Part shown: piece by piece, positions 41,090-50,289 of the stretch
Position numbering within the stretch: the stretch's first letter is position 1
Layout: every line of letters starts with the position of its first letter
Origin: Candidatus Sumerlaeaceae bacterium
GTDB taxonomy: Bacteria; Sumerlaeota; Sumerlaeia; Sumerlaeales; Sumerlaeaceae
DNA length: 64,000 bases
Direction of reading: 5' to 3'
NCBI GenBank assembly: GCA_049968255.1
Contig: JBMFRB010000001.1
Coordinates: forward strand, 32,001-96,000
Position numbers and translations under genes: made by a program
The notes under the pieces: generated by a model
Database searches by the model: none
Told to the model about the DNA's origin: nothing
What the model saw: only the letters and a program-made list of their open reading frames with translations

Positions 41090-43330
41090 ATGGTGAAGAT
41101 AACCATGAAGCTCCTCCCTACGATGGCTCGTTCAAATTTTCGCAAAAGAGAGCATACCGTGCCGCGTTTATGGCGGGTGATTGTCGTCATGTTTGCCTGG
41201 CTTGCTGGTCTGTGGAGCCAAGCGGCCGGTCCCCCACCAGCAAGCCAAGTTATGCCCGAATTCGGTGCCTCCAAAGAAGAGGTTCGGCAAAGACTAGCAA
41301 AGAAGGCTGCGACGCGGGGATTGGACCGCGTTGACGGCGAGACAAAATTGGAAGATCGCGGTGAATTTTATCGGTCGGGGCACACCACCATACCGTTGTG
41401 GCGCCTGCCTAGCCAGTTTGCTGTGAAATACCGCGAAGGCGTTGATCCGGCAGTTGCGAATAAGCAAATTCGCGACGCTGCTGCAGCGGCGGTGCAGGAA
41501 CTCGCAAGCTGTAAACCCAAACGCCTAGGAATTTTTTCGACTTCGGCGGAAGATACAACTGCGGTTATTGGCCAAGTGAAGCGCAGCAGCGTGGTGGAAA
41601 AAGTGTTTCCGGTCTACGTCTACCCAGTGGACCACGCCCGGATGGTCGCAACTGACGACATCATCCTTTGTGTCGAAACCGAGGGGGCACGGAACGCTTT
41701 GATGCCAACGCTGGCGAGCATGGGCATCGCGCTCGTCTCGCAGCTACCGCAAAAGCACATAAACGTGTACCTTGTTCGGCTTACTGCTCAGGCCAAAGAC
41801 GATGCTTTGGGCGCCTGTGAGAAACTCAACCAGTTGCCGGGAGTGAAGTGGGCTGAACCGGATTTTGTGCGGGAACTCTTTTTTGATTTTTCCCCCAATG
41901 ACCCCTTGTTCTCGAAGCAGCAGGGGTTGCATAACACGGGGGCAAATGGAGCCGTTGCCGATGCGGACGTGGATGCTCCCGAGGGGTGGGACATAACGGT
42001 TGGTTCGCCGAGTGTCGTGATTGCGATTATAGATGATGGCGTGGATACGTCACACACAGACCTGCTCATCGCCCCTGGTGGCTACGATTTCTATAACAAC
42101 GACAGCGATCCCTCCCCTACTGGCACCGACGGCCATGGGACAGGTTGTGCTGGCGTGGCTGCAGCCATTGTCAATAATGGCTACCACACGGCGGGAATCG
42201 CAGGGGGATGCAAGATTCTCCCCGTTAAAATTTCACAAGGCAGCTCTTTTGCTTCGAACACTGTAATTGGCAACGCGATTAGCTATGCGGCAGACCACGC
42301 CGACGTGCTCTCGAATAGCTGGGGTGGAGGCGCCTCGAGCAGCTACATCAACAGTGCCATAGACTATGCCGTGACCTATGGGCGTGGGGGCAAGGGATGT
42401 CCGGTGTTCTTTGCCAGTGGGAATTCGGCAAGCGGTTGGTACCAAGGCGGAGGTCGTTATCGCCTGAGCACGACAGGGCTGAACGGCAACTATTATATAG
42501 CGTTTGACTACACTAAAGATGTGAGCTTAGCATTCGGATTAGACACAGTGTATGTAGACAATGTCTGCCTATTGAACGCTGATACATACTCACATATCTG
42601 GCGTGAAGACTTTGAGGGGCCAATATTCCCGCCCACTGGCTGGACTCTGGCTAGCAGCACGGGCTCAAACTTTTGGTTCCGCACGACAACAAACGCCTAC
42701 ACTGCAACCGCAGGCTCCTATTCGGCACGGGCAGGAGCTATTGGCAACAACCAGTGGACTGACCTCAGGACTCCGTTGCTGAATCTGACTGGCAGCGAAA
42801 CACTGTGCTTCGCTGCCTATGTTTCAACCCAAGCGAACAAAGACCTGTTTTACGTGGACATTTACACGCAGACGGGAACCTACGTGGGCTCGTGGGGGCC
42901 GTTTAGTGGAGTGCCTACGATTACGACAAGCGTGGCTTATCCGGCGAATTATGTAAACACGATTGCGGTGGGGGCTTCTAGTGATTGCGACCGCCGATCG
43001 GATTACAGTGAATACGGGCCGGAACTTGATTTTGTCGCTCCAAGCAATGGGGGATGGAACGATATCGTTACGCTTGATCCGACTGGCAGCGTGGGCTGGA
43101 CGTCCGATGATTACAAAACGAATTTCGGTGGCACTTCCTCCGCCTGTCCACTCGCGGCCGGGATTGCAGCCTTGCGCCTTAGTTACAATCCGAGCGAAAC
43201 CGCTGCGTCGTTGCGCTCATGGATGCACGCCCATTGCGACAAAATTGGAGGTCTCCCTTATAGTGGGGGCGAACCGGGCGCCGGCGGGAGAAATGACCAG
43301 TACGGCTACGGGCGTGTAACGCATTCATGA
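41090..43330 (+). CDS. exported S8 subtilisin-like serine protease with inserted domain; probable 3' frameshift (extends to 43368)
   Basis: Triad motifs IIDDG, HGTGCAG, GTSSACP; oxyanion ASGN; signal peptide and prodomain; start uncertain. Confidence 0.9.
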   Translation: MVKITMKLLPTMARSNFRKREHTVPRLWRVIVVMFAWLAGLWSQAAGPPPASQVMPEFGASKEEVRQRLAKKAATRGLDRVDGETKLEDRGEFYRSGHTTIPLWRLPSQFAVKYREGVDPAVANKQIRDAAAAAVQELASCKPKRLGIFSTSAEDTTAVIGQVKRSSVVEKVFPVYVYPVDHARMVATDDIILCVETEGARNALMPTLASMGIALVSQLPQKHINVYLVRLTAQAKDDALGACEKLNQLPGVKWAEPDFVRELFFDFSPNDPLFSKQQGLHNTGANGAVADADVDAPEGWDITVGSPSVVIAIIDDGVDTSHTDLLIAPGGYDFYNNDSDPSPTGTDGHGTGCAGVAAAIVNNGYHTAGIAGGCKILPVKISQGSSFASNTVIGNAISYAADHADVLSNSWGGGASSSYINSAIDYAVTYGRGGKGCPVFFASGNSASGWYQGGGRYRLSTTGLNGNYYIAFDYTKDVSLAFGLDTVYVDNVCLLNADTYSHIWREDFEGPIFPPTGWTLASSTGSNFWFRTTTNAYTATAGSYSARAGAIGNNQWTDLRTPLLNLTGSETLCFAAYVSTQANKDLFYVDIYTQTGTYVGSWGPFSGVPTITTSVAYPANYVNTIAVGASSDCDRRSDYSEYGPELDFVAPSNGGWNDIVTLDPTGSVGWTSDDYKTNFGGTSSACPLAAGIAALRLSYNPSETAASLRSWMHAHCDKIGGLPYSGGEPGAGGRNDQYGYGRVTHS

Positions 43331-43745
43331 TGGTTCCCGTCGGCTTGAGCAGTTGGTCATCGGAATAGCTCTTGCCACATTTTCGATTGCCAAGCCCTCC
43401 GGCTCGTAGCGCGACAGCCCTTGCCTTCACAATTGCGCTTGAACCTCGTAGGCTGAGACCGCATTTCATGACGCAGGCGGGAGGGGGGCGAACTTTTGCG
43501 CGGAAAAAGAAGTTGCGCCCAGCATTCCCGCGCAGAGATGACGGCTGTCAACACTCTGTGCGGAAGATCGAACCAGTCGACAGGCTTTCCCGCATGCCAA
43601 ACGGCAGATCCATGGAGTCGATAGCGTGAGAGAGGACGAGATCTTTTCCCACATGTCCAGCCCAGGAACTGTCAGGCCCAAAGCTCCTACGGACGACCTC
43701 TTTTTCCAGAAACTCCAATGCTCTCATAAGCTTGAGCTCGCGGCC

Positions 43746-44798
43746 CTACTCAGAGAGTGCGTCGGCGGCAGAGGGAAGCATGTCGGGATTGATGCGTTCT
43801 TTGATCGCGCGTTCCAAGCGTTCGGCGACGTCGGGATGTTCCTTCAAGAACTGCTTGGCATTTTCGCGACCTTGGCCAATGCGTTCGCCCTCGAAGGAGA
43901 ACCAAGCGCCGCTTTTCTCGATAAGTTTTGCGCTCACGCCAAGATCGAGCAGATCGCCCTCGCGCGAGATACCTTCTCCGAACATGATATCGAACTCGGC
44001 CTCTTTAAAGGGCGGCGCGAGCTTGTTCTTAACGACCTTTGCGCGGCATCGATTGCCCACGTTCTCCGTGCCTTCTTTGATCGCGCCAATGCGGCGGATA
44101 TCGATGCGGATAGATGCATAAAATTTCAATGCACGCCCACCGGTGGTCGTCTCAGGATTACCAAACATCACTCCGATTTTTTCGCGGATCTGGTTGATGA
44201 AAATGACGCAAGTCTTGCTCTTGTTGATAGCCGCCGTGAGTTTGCGGAGTGCCTGCGACATGAGGCGAGCCTGCAAGCCAACAAAGCTGTCGCCCATTTC
44301 GCCTTCGATTTCGGCCTTAGGAACAAGCGCGGCGACCGAGTCGATCACGATGACGTCAATGGCGTTGGAGCGGACAAGAGTTTCCACGATGTCGAGCGCC
44401 TGCTCACCAGTGTCCGGCTGGGAAATGAGCAACTCGTCCACATTGACGCCAAGTTTGCGGCAATACACCGGATCCATAGCGTGTTCCGCGTCAATGTATG
44501 CCGCTACCCCGCCCATTTTTTGGGCGTTTGCCACGACGTGAAGAGCGAGTGTCGTTTTACCCGAGCTTTCTGGCCCAAAGATTTCCACAATGCGGCCCCG
44601 CGGAACGCCCCAGATGCCAAGAGCGCAGTCGAGGCTAATCGAGCCCGTGGGAATAACTTGAATGCCTTGCTCGACACTGTGCTCGCCCATGCGCATGATG
44701 GCGCCTTTGCCGTAGCTGCGCTCGATTTGCGAAAGCGCCATCTCTAGGGCTTTTACGCGCGACTGATCCGTCTTTTCCGGTGCATCATTACGGGCCAT
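43746..44798 (-). CDS. recA: recombinase RecA
   Basis: [43 protein letters not shown]. Confidence 0.99.
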   Translation of the reverse strand: MARNDAPEKTDQSRVKALEMALSQIERSYGKGAIMRMGEHSVEQGIQVIPTGSISLDCALGIWGVPRGRIVEIFGPESSGKTTLALHVVANAQKMGGVAAYIDAEHAMDPVYCRKLGVNVDELLISQPDTGEQALDIVETLVRSNAIDVIVIDSVAALVPKAEIEGEMGDSFVGLQARLMSQALRKLTAAINKSKTCVIFINQIREKIGVMFGNPETTTGGRALKFYASIRIDIRRIGAIKEGTENVGNRCRAKVVKNKLAPPFKEAEFDIMFGEGISREGDLLDLGVSAKLIEKSGAWFSFEGERIGQGRENAKQFLKEHPDVAERLERAIKERINPDMLPSAADALSE

Positions 44799-44932
44799 TG
44801 TTTGCTTTCCTTGTCGTGAAAGAATACTTCCTCAGTTGATTTTGCAGCTTGAGCAAAGACAACGGAAAAATCGTTGGCATCGTATGCCAGTGTAGTCAAT
44901 CTCGTAAGATTCTACGATGAGAAGGGAATGAA

Positions 44933-45400
44933 ATGCTGCAACAATTGATCGAAGGCGTCAGGTTGAAGCCGTTGAAAATCCATGCCGACGAGCGTGGGCG
45001 CGTGATGGAAATGCTGCGCATGGACGATGAGATTTTTTTGAAATTCGGGCAGGTGTACATGACGACAGCCTACCCGGGTGTGGTGAAGGCATGGCATTAC
45101 CATAAGCTGCAGACCGATCATTTCGTGTGTGTGCATGGCATGATGAAGGTGGTTCTTTACGATGGACGGGAGGCGTCAGCGACGAAAGGCCTGATCAATG
45201 AGTTCTTTATTGGCGACTACAATCCTATGTTGATTCAGATCCCACCCGGCGTCTACCATGGGTTCAAATGCATCAGTGAACACGAAGCGATCGTGATCAA
45301 TACGGTGACGGAGCCTTACAACCATGCGAACCCGGATGAATATCGCGTGGCGCCTCACGGCGGAGAGATTCCTTACGACTGGTCAAGGAAAGACGGGTAA
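44933..45400 (+). CDS. dTDP-4-dehydrorhamnose 3,5-epimerase family (cupin)
   Basis: DERG, VKAWHYH, IPPGVYHGF. Confidence 0.85.
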   Translation: MLQQLIEGVRLKPLKIHADERGRVMEMLRMDDEIFLKFGQVYMTTAYPGVVKAWHYHKLQTDHFVCVHGMMKVVLYDGREASATKGLINEFFIGDYNPMLIQIPPGVYHGFKCISEHEAIVINTVTEPYNHANPDEYRVAPHGGEIPYDWSRKDG

Positions 45401-45421
45401 GCCAGACAGGTGTGAAGAACC

Positions 45422-46531
45422 ATGAACAAAACCATCGAAGAGATCCGCAGCGAGATAGACGCTCTTGACCGCACGCTGGTGGGATTGTTGGACCGGCGGG
45501 CGCAACTCGCGCGAGAAATCGGCAAGGCGAAGCTTCAGCACGGTCAGCAAAAGTTCTTCGATCCGGCACGTCAGAAACGGGTGCTCGAAAATGTCCTGGC
45601 CGCCAGCAAAAATGATTTTCCCCAAGACGCACTGCGCAAAGTCTTTGTCGAGATCATGTCAGGATGCCTAGCGGCGGAAAAGCCTCCGATGGTGGCTTAC
45701 CTTGGACCCGAAGCAACTTATTCGCATCTGGCCGCGCTCACGGAGTTTGGCAACTCGGTGGCTTATCAGTCGTATGCTTCGGTCGAGGACATCTTCTTCG
45801 CTGTGGATCGCGATTGGGTGGATTACGGCGTGGTGCCCATCGAGAACTCCACGGGGGGCGTTATTCACACGACGCTGGACCTCTTCCTAGATTACGAACT
45901 GCTGATCTGCTCGGAGATTTACCTTCACATCCACCACAACCTCATCTCGCGCAATCCGCTCGAGCGCATAAAGACGATCTATTCGAAGGCAGAGCCTTTC
46001 CAGCAATGCTCGGTGTGGTTGAAGGAGAATCTGCCAGGGGTGCAGCTCATCGAGGTCGGTTCCACGGTCAAAGGCGTGGAGATGGCGAAAGACCGCGATT
46101 ACGCGGCAGCCATTGGGAGCGAAATCGCCGCCCGAAAGTACAACGTGCCGATTGTTGCAGCAAATATCGAGGATATGAAGGATAACATGACGCGCTTTCT
46201 GGTGATTGGGAAACAGGAAGCAGCTCCGACGGGACGCGACAAAACGAGTGTGATGTTCTCGATCAAAGACCGCCCCGGGGCCCTGTTTGACCTTCTGTAT
46301 CCGTTCAAAAAGCGCAACATTAACCTCTCGACTATAGAAAGCCGCCCATCGCGCAAGAAGGCGTGGGATTACTTCTTCTTTGTGGACCTGGAAGGGCATG
46401 TACAGGATGAGCCTGTTTACGAAGCCTTGCAGGAACTCAAAAGTCTCGCCACGTATTTGCGTGTGATGGGCAGCTATCCACGCGACGTGAAAATACGCGA
46501 TCTTAAAGAAATCGAACAGACTGTGATCTGA
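45422..46531 (+). CDS. pheA: chorismate mutase / prephenate dehydratase
   Basis: N-terminal CM domain, YLGP, PIENSTGG, TRFLVI, IESRPS ACT domain. Confidence 0.95.
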   Translation: MNKTIEEIRSEIDALDRTLVGLLDRRAQLAREIGKAKLQHGQQKFFDPARQKRVLENVLAASKNDFPQDALRKVFVEIMSGCLAAEKPPMVAYLGPEATYSHLAALTEFGNSVAYQSYASVEDIFFAVDRDWVDYGVVPIENSTGGVIHTTLDLFLDYELLICSEIYLHIHHNLISRNPLERIKTIYSKAEPFQQCSVWLKENLPGVQLIEVGSTVKGVEMAKDRDYAAAIGSEIAARKYNVPIVAANIEDMKDNMTRFLVIGKQEAAPTGRDKTSVMFSIKDRPGALFDLLYPFKKRNINLSTIESRPSRKKAWDYFFFVDLEGHVQDEPVYEALQELKSLATYLRVMGSYPRDVKIRDLKEIEQTVI

Positions 46532-46584
46532 CGAGCAGCCCAATTTCCGGGCCTAGGCCTGAAAAAAGCGGTGCAACAGTCAAG

Positions 46585-47259
46585 ATGCGTTATGAGCAGA
46601 AAGTGTGGGCACCACTGTGGCTTGAGCTTAGTGGTCTGCCGTTTTTTCTCGCGGAGAAGGCGAGAACTCCGGTGGCCTGGAGCATTTTCAAAAAAATCGT
46701 CGAGCTCGATTGTGCACTCAATCCTGTGCCTGGTATTGTTCAGATCTCGCTCGACGATCTGGCAAAACGGTGTGGCGCAAAAGCTGACATCGTTCGCAGA
46801 ACTATGAAAGCTCTTCAGAAGCTCGGAATTCTGGCGTGTTTTCTTCCTGAGACAGACGAAGAAGAAGCTTTTTTCCAGGTGAAAACTCCCCTGCACACTC
46901 CTCTGTCGCCAGACGAGGTGCGGGGGCATCATCCTGAGCTTTTCGCCGCGGAAGGTCACTATTTCCGATATGCGCAGGCGACAGAAGGAAGCGAGTACGA
47001 CGATTCTGAGGATGTCCTGCTCAAGGAGGTCGTGGATCTCTACCTTAACGCGATCGGCTTGAAGTTGAATGCCTTCGTGCTAGACGAACTTCGGTTGATT
47101 CGGCAACGCTTTCCCATAGACTTGATTCGACAAACCTTTCGGCGCGCAGCGAAGAACGACATTCACTCGCTGGGATGGGTCATGAAGGAACTGATTCGGC
47201 AAAAGAGGAAGCTGGATGAAGAAAAGGGAGAAGACGCAGAAAGTTTGCCCGAAATGTGA
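46585..47259 (+). CDS. winged-helix + DnaD/DnaB_2-like replication protein
   Basis: ISLDDLAKRCG..IVRRTMKALQKLG wHTH; C-terminal VDLYLNAIG.KL...DLIRQTFRRAAKN..SLGWV resembles DnaB_2. Confidence 0.65.
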   Translation: MRYEQKVWAPLWLELSGLPFFLAEKARTPVAWSIFKKIVELDCALNPVPGIVQISLDDLAKRCGAKADIVRRTMKALQKLGILACFLPETDEEEAFFQVKTPLHTPLSPDEVRGHHPELFAAEGHYFRYAQATEGSEYDDSEDVLLKEVVDLYLNAIGLKLNAFVLDELRLIRQRFPIDLIRQTFRRAAKNDIHSLGWVMKELIRQKRKLDEEKGEDAESLPEM

Positions 47260-47911
47260 GGGATGGGGCTATATCCTCACAGACAACGGCGCCATTCCGT
47301 GCGAATGCCAGGATGAGGCTCGTTTGGAGCAAGCTTATCGGGCTGCCCAGATTCCTCCGCGTTTCCTCACGAAAACTCTCGATAGTTTTCGCCCGATGGA
47401 CCCTCGACATAAGGAAATTGTCGAGTTCGCAAAGAATTTCGTGCGGACATTCCGCGTGAACGCACCAAATCAGCCGACGAAAGGACTCTTGCTTTACGGC
47501 AAGGAAGGAACTGGCAAGACACATATCGCCATAGCCATTCTCAAGCAGGTCATTGCCAAGGGTCATCGCGGGCTTTACTGGAACGTACCGGAGCTCTTTC
47601 TAGAATTACGGCGAACGATGAATGCGCCGACCGAACTCGACGAAGCTGCCATCATCGACGAGGCTGTGGAAACAGAGCTGCTTGTGCTCGACGATCTGGG
47701 AGCGGAAAAAGTCAGCGACTACGTGATGGACCGCCTATACGTGCTCATCAACGGACGCTACGAGAATGATCTTCCCACCATCATCACGACGAATCGTTCG
47801 CTCGAGGAGCTTCGCGCTCAAATTGGGCCAAGGATTGTGTCGCGCCTCTCGGAGATGTGTCTGCGCATTGAGTTCCCAGTCGGCGATTACCGTTTGCGCA
47901 ATTTGCAATGA
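47216..47911 (+). CDS. DnaC/DnaI/IstB-like AAA+ ATPase (helicase loader-like)
   Basis: CPKC..CEC zinc site, IPPRF, GKEGTGKT, LLVLDDLGAE, IITTN, RIVSRL. Confidence 0.88.
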   Translation: MKKREKTQKVCPKCEGWGYILTDNGAIPCECQDEARLEQAYRAAQIPPRFLTKTLDSFRPMDPRHKEIVEFAKNFVRTFRVNAPNQPTKGLLLYGKEGTGKTHIAIAILKQVIAKGHRGLYWNVPELFLELRRTMNAPTELDEAAIIDEAVETELLVLDDLGAEKVSDYVMDRLYVLINGRYENDLPTIITTNRSLEELRAQIGPRIVSRLSEMCLRIEFPVGDYRLRNLQ

Positions 47912-48171
47912 GCTGCTGTGTTCAATTTGGTGACGGTGACGTCCATGTTTAGGAAGTCGGGCCAAATGGCGCGCCCGTGCAACTCTGATTTAGGTAAGTG
48001 ATACAACATCAAGCTTTAGCAAAACGGACTTGTAATTCGTGAACGTCCTCTTCATGATGAAGAGGAATCGCGCCGTGCGATTGGTGGGACGGCATAAGCT
48101 TTGCTCACCCCAGGGGTGCGGCGTTGTAGTTGTTACACCGTTCCCAATCTAAACAAGAAGGGAGCTAGAAT

Positions 48172-49053
48172 ATGAAGTTCAGTTCAAAGTTCTTCCTCAC
48201 AATTTTTGCCAGCATGTTAGTTAGTCTTGTCGGGGCGCAAGAAACCTCGCCAGCCGAAAAGGCGACGTCGAAAACGGACGAAGTGAAAAAACCGCCTGAG
48301 CTGACGATAGTTGGAGGTCGGTTTGTCCGGGACGATTTCACCACGATCGGCGGTGGCGTGGTTTATTTCATTTTCCAGGAACGCTTGAAAGAACTCCCGC
48401 ATGAGAACACGATGGAAAAGGTACGGGCGATGGCTGAAACTGCGGCTGAGGTCGATGCAGAAGGCAATTTCTACCTTGAAATGAAGCCAGGCAATTTTGC
48501 GCTGGTGTACGACCCGAACGCCCAGTTTAAGCCGGAAATGGCCGACCCAGGCCCAGAGAGTATGGAGAAGCTGCGCAAACGTACGCCGGAACAGGTGAAG
48601 GCTTTGATTGATGTTATTCGCGAGAACGCGGCGAAAGGTTTGCCGATCGAGAATGGCCGGATTGGGACGGCTTACGTGGTGGAAAACCGTTTCGTACGGC
48701 CGCCGGCTGTAGACTTCGGTGAAATGCCGCTCGGGGTGGACCAGTCTGCCACAATTATCGCGGTCAAAGAGAATGGCGAAATCGTGGATTTCCCCGTCAT
48801 GCTTAAGCTGCGGGGAAAGAATGGCGATATTTATGAGCCGCACACGCCAACACTCAATTCGCCCGGACGTTTCGTGTTCTGCGATCTGGAGCCACAACGC
48901 TACGACGTATTTGCTATTGGCGTAAGGATGGCGCCCAAAGAAGACGCACCGGTCACTACTCCTACCCTGGAAAACACTGCGTTCGAGTTTGAAGGTGTGC
49001 CGATTGAACACAAGGTTACGGTCAAGCTCCCTGCGGGTAAAAACGAAGAATAA
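48172..49053 (+). CDS. exported hypothetical protein (beta-sandwich-like)
   Basis: Signal peptide ending VGA-QE; GGAG RBS. Confidence 0.75.
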   Translation: MKFSSKFFLTIFASMLVSLVGAQETSPAEKATSKTDEVKKPPELTIVGGRFVRDDFTTIGGGVVYFIFQERLKELPHENTMEKVRAMAETAAEVDAEGNFYLEMKPGNFALVYDPNAQFKPEMADPGPESMEKLRKRTPEQVKALIDVIRENAAKGLPIENGRIGTAYVVENRFVRPPAVDFGEMPLGVDQSATIIAVKENGEIVDFPVMLKLRGKNGDIYEPHTPTLNSPGRFVFCDLEPQRYDVFAIGVRMAPKEDAPVTTPTLENTAFEFEGVPIEHKVTVKLPAGKNEE

Positions 49054-49194
49054 CCCGTCCTCGCGCATGGGGTGAATGGCCGCATCGTTGCTGCAAGGCA
49101 ATGGTGCGGCCTAGTTATTGAGTGATACAGCAAATGTGGCGAGTAGAGGCACGGCGCCAATGGAAGCATCGTGCGGCGAGCCGGAGAAGGAAGC

Positions 49195-50289
49195 ATGAGC
49201 CAATGGCAACTGATTCGGGCGAAAAGCTATGTCGTGGCGATTGCAGCGTGGTTCGTCACGTGGGCTACCAGCACATTCGCTGTGGAACAGCTCTTGCCTA
49301 AGCCCGAGCGTTCTCCCGACGGAAAACTTGGCGCAAACGTAGAGTGGGAGACTCTTGGGCAGGTAGGAGTCCTCCGCATAAAGATTTTCGATGCTAACGA
49401 CCGCGTCGTGGGAAGTATCGAAGTTCCTCAGGTGCGCCCAGATCCAGCAGACCTGACGTGGCTTGATCAGCGATGGGTCATGTGCGAGTCGTTTCTGGGC
49501 GAACGCGCAAGCGGATTTTATTACGTTGATGCGCTGTCGATGCGTGGATATTTGCTAGAAATTTACGCGTTGCAGGGCAAGCCGAACTGGGATTTCGATG
49601 TCACCTATGCCGATCGCGAGACGTCTTTCTCAGTTAGTAACGTTTCCATAGGCCGCACCTGTTTGTTTCCAGTTGTCCTCGGAGCGCTTCCTGTCCAAGA
49701 GGACCAATATTTTCGTTTAGAGTTTTGCCAACGGTTCGTGGCAGCAGTTGACGCCTACCGCTTGTGGCTGCGTGAAGAGAAATGGCGAACATTTGACGTC
49801 TTCGGTGAGGCCGCCATTCGCTCAGGAACTGGAGGGTTGGCGCTTTGCTCGCATGATGGTCAACTTGCACTCGTGTATTTCTCACTGCGAGCGGAAGAGC
49901 CTTTGAAAATCCTGAAAGCAGCACGTTTGCTACCACTGCCTGCCGAGCTGGCTGCGAAGCTTGCCAGCGACAAGACAAACGTCGTGGTGGCGTGGGAGGA
50001 AAATGGGCGCTTTACGGTCCGCCGGCGCACTGCTGGAGATCTGCTGACGACTGGGAGTCGCGAAAGCGTTCTTTACTCGGGAACAGTGGAAGGAGCTACG
50101 GACGTCCCCGTTGCATTAGCATTGGATACACACGTGGCTGAAAAACTCACAGATTCCACGCACAAGGATGAGGGAGAGGAGATGGCGGACGCCGCGGAGA
50201 AGAATAAAGGGCTCGAGAACAAAAAAACAAAAAAAGAACGCTTGTCTCCTCTCCGCAGTAAAAAATCGCCATCCCGTAGAGAGCGCTAA
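49195..50289 (+). CDS. exported hypothetical protein with basic C-terminal tail
   Basis: Signal peptide ending TFA-VE; SPDGK propeller-like motif. Confidence 0.7.
   Translation: MSQWQLIRAKSYVVAIAAWFVTWATSTFAVEQLLPKPERSPDGKLGANVEWETLGQVGVLRIKIFDANDRVVGSIEVPQVRPDPADLTWLDQRWVMCESFLGERASGFYYVDALSMRGYLLEIYALQGKPNWDFDVTYADRETSFSVSNVSIGRTCLFPVVLGALPVQEDQYFRLEFCQRFVAAVDAYRLWLREEKWRTFDVFGEAAIRSGTGGLALCSHDGQLALVYFSLRAEEPLKILKAARLLPLPAELAAKLASDKTNVVVAWEENGRFTVRRRTAGDLLTTGSRESVLYSGTVEGATDVPVALALDTHVAEKLTDSTHKDEGEEMADAAEKNKGLENKKTKKERLSPLRSKKSPSRRER

Noticed and set aside
43626-44747. 373-aa plus-strand ORF
   Set aside because: Antisense shadow of recA with no recognisable motifs
47216-47911. IS21 istB / insertion sequence
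   Set aside because: No IstA DDE transposase or terminal inverted repeats; zinc ribbon and partner gene fit a DnaC-like loader
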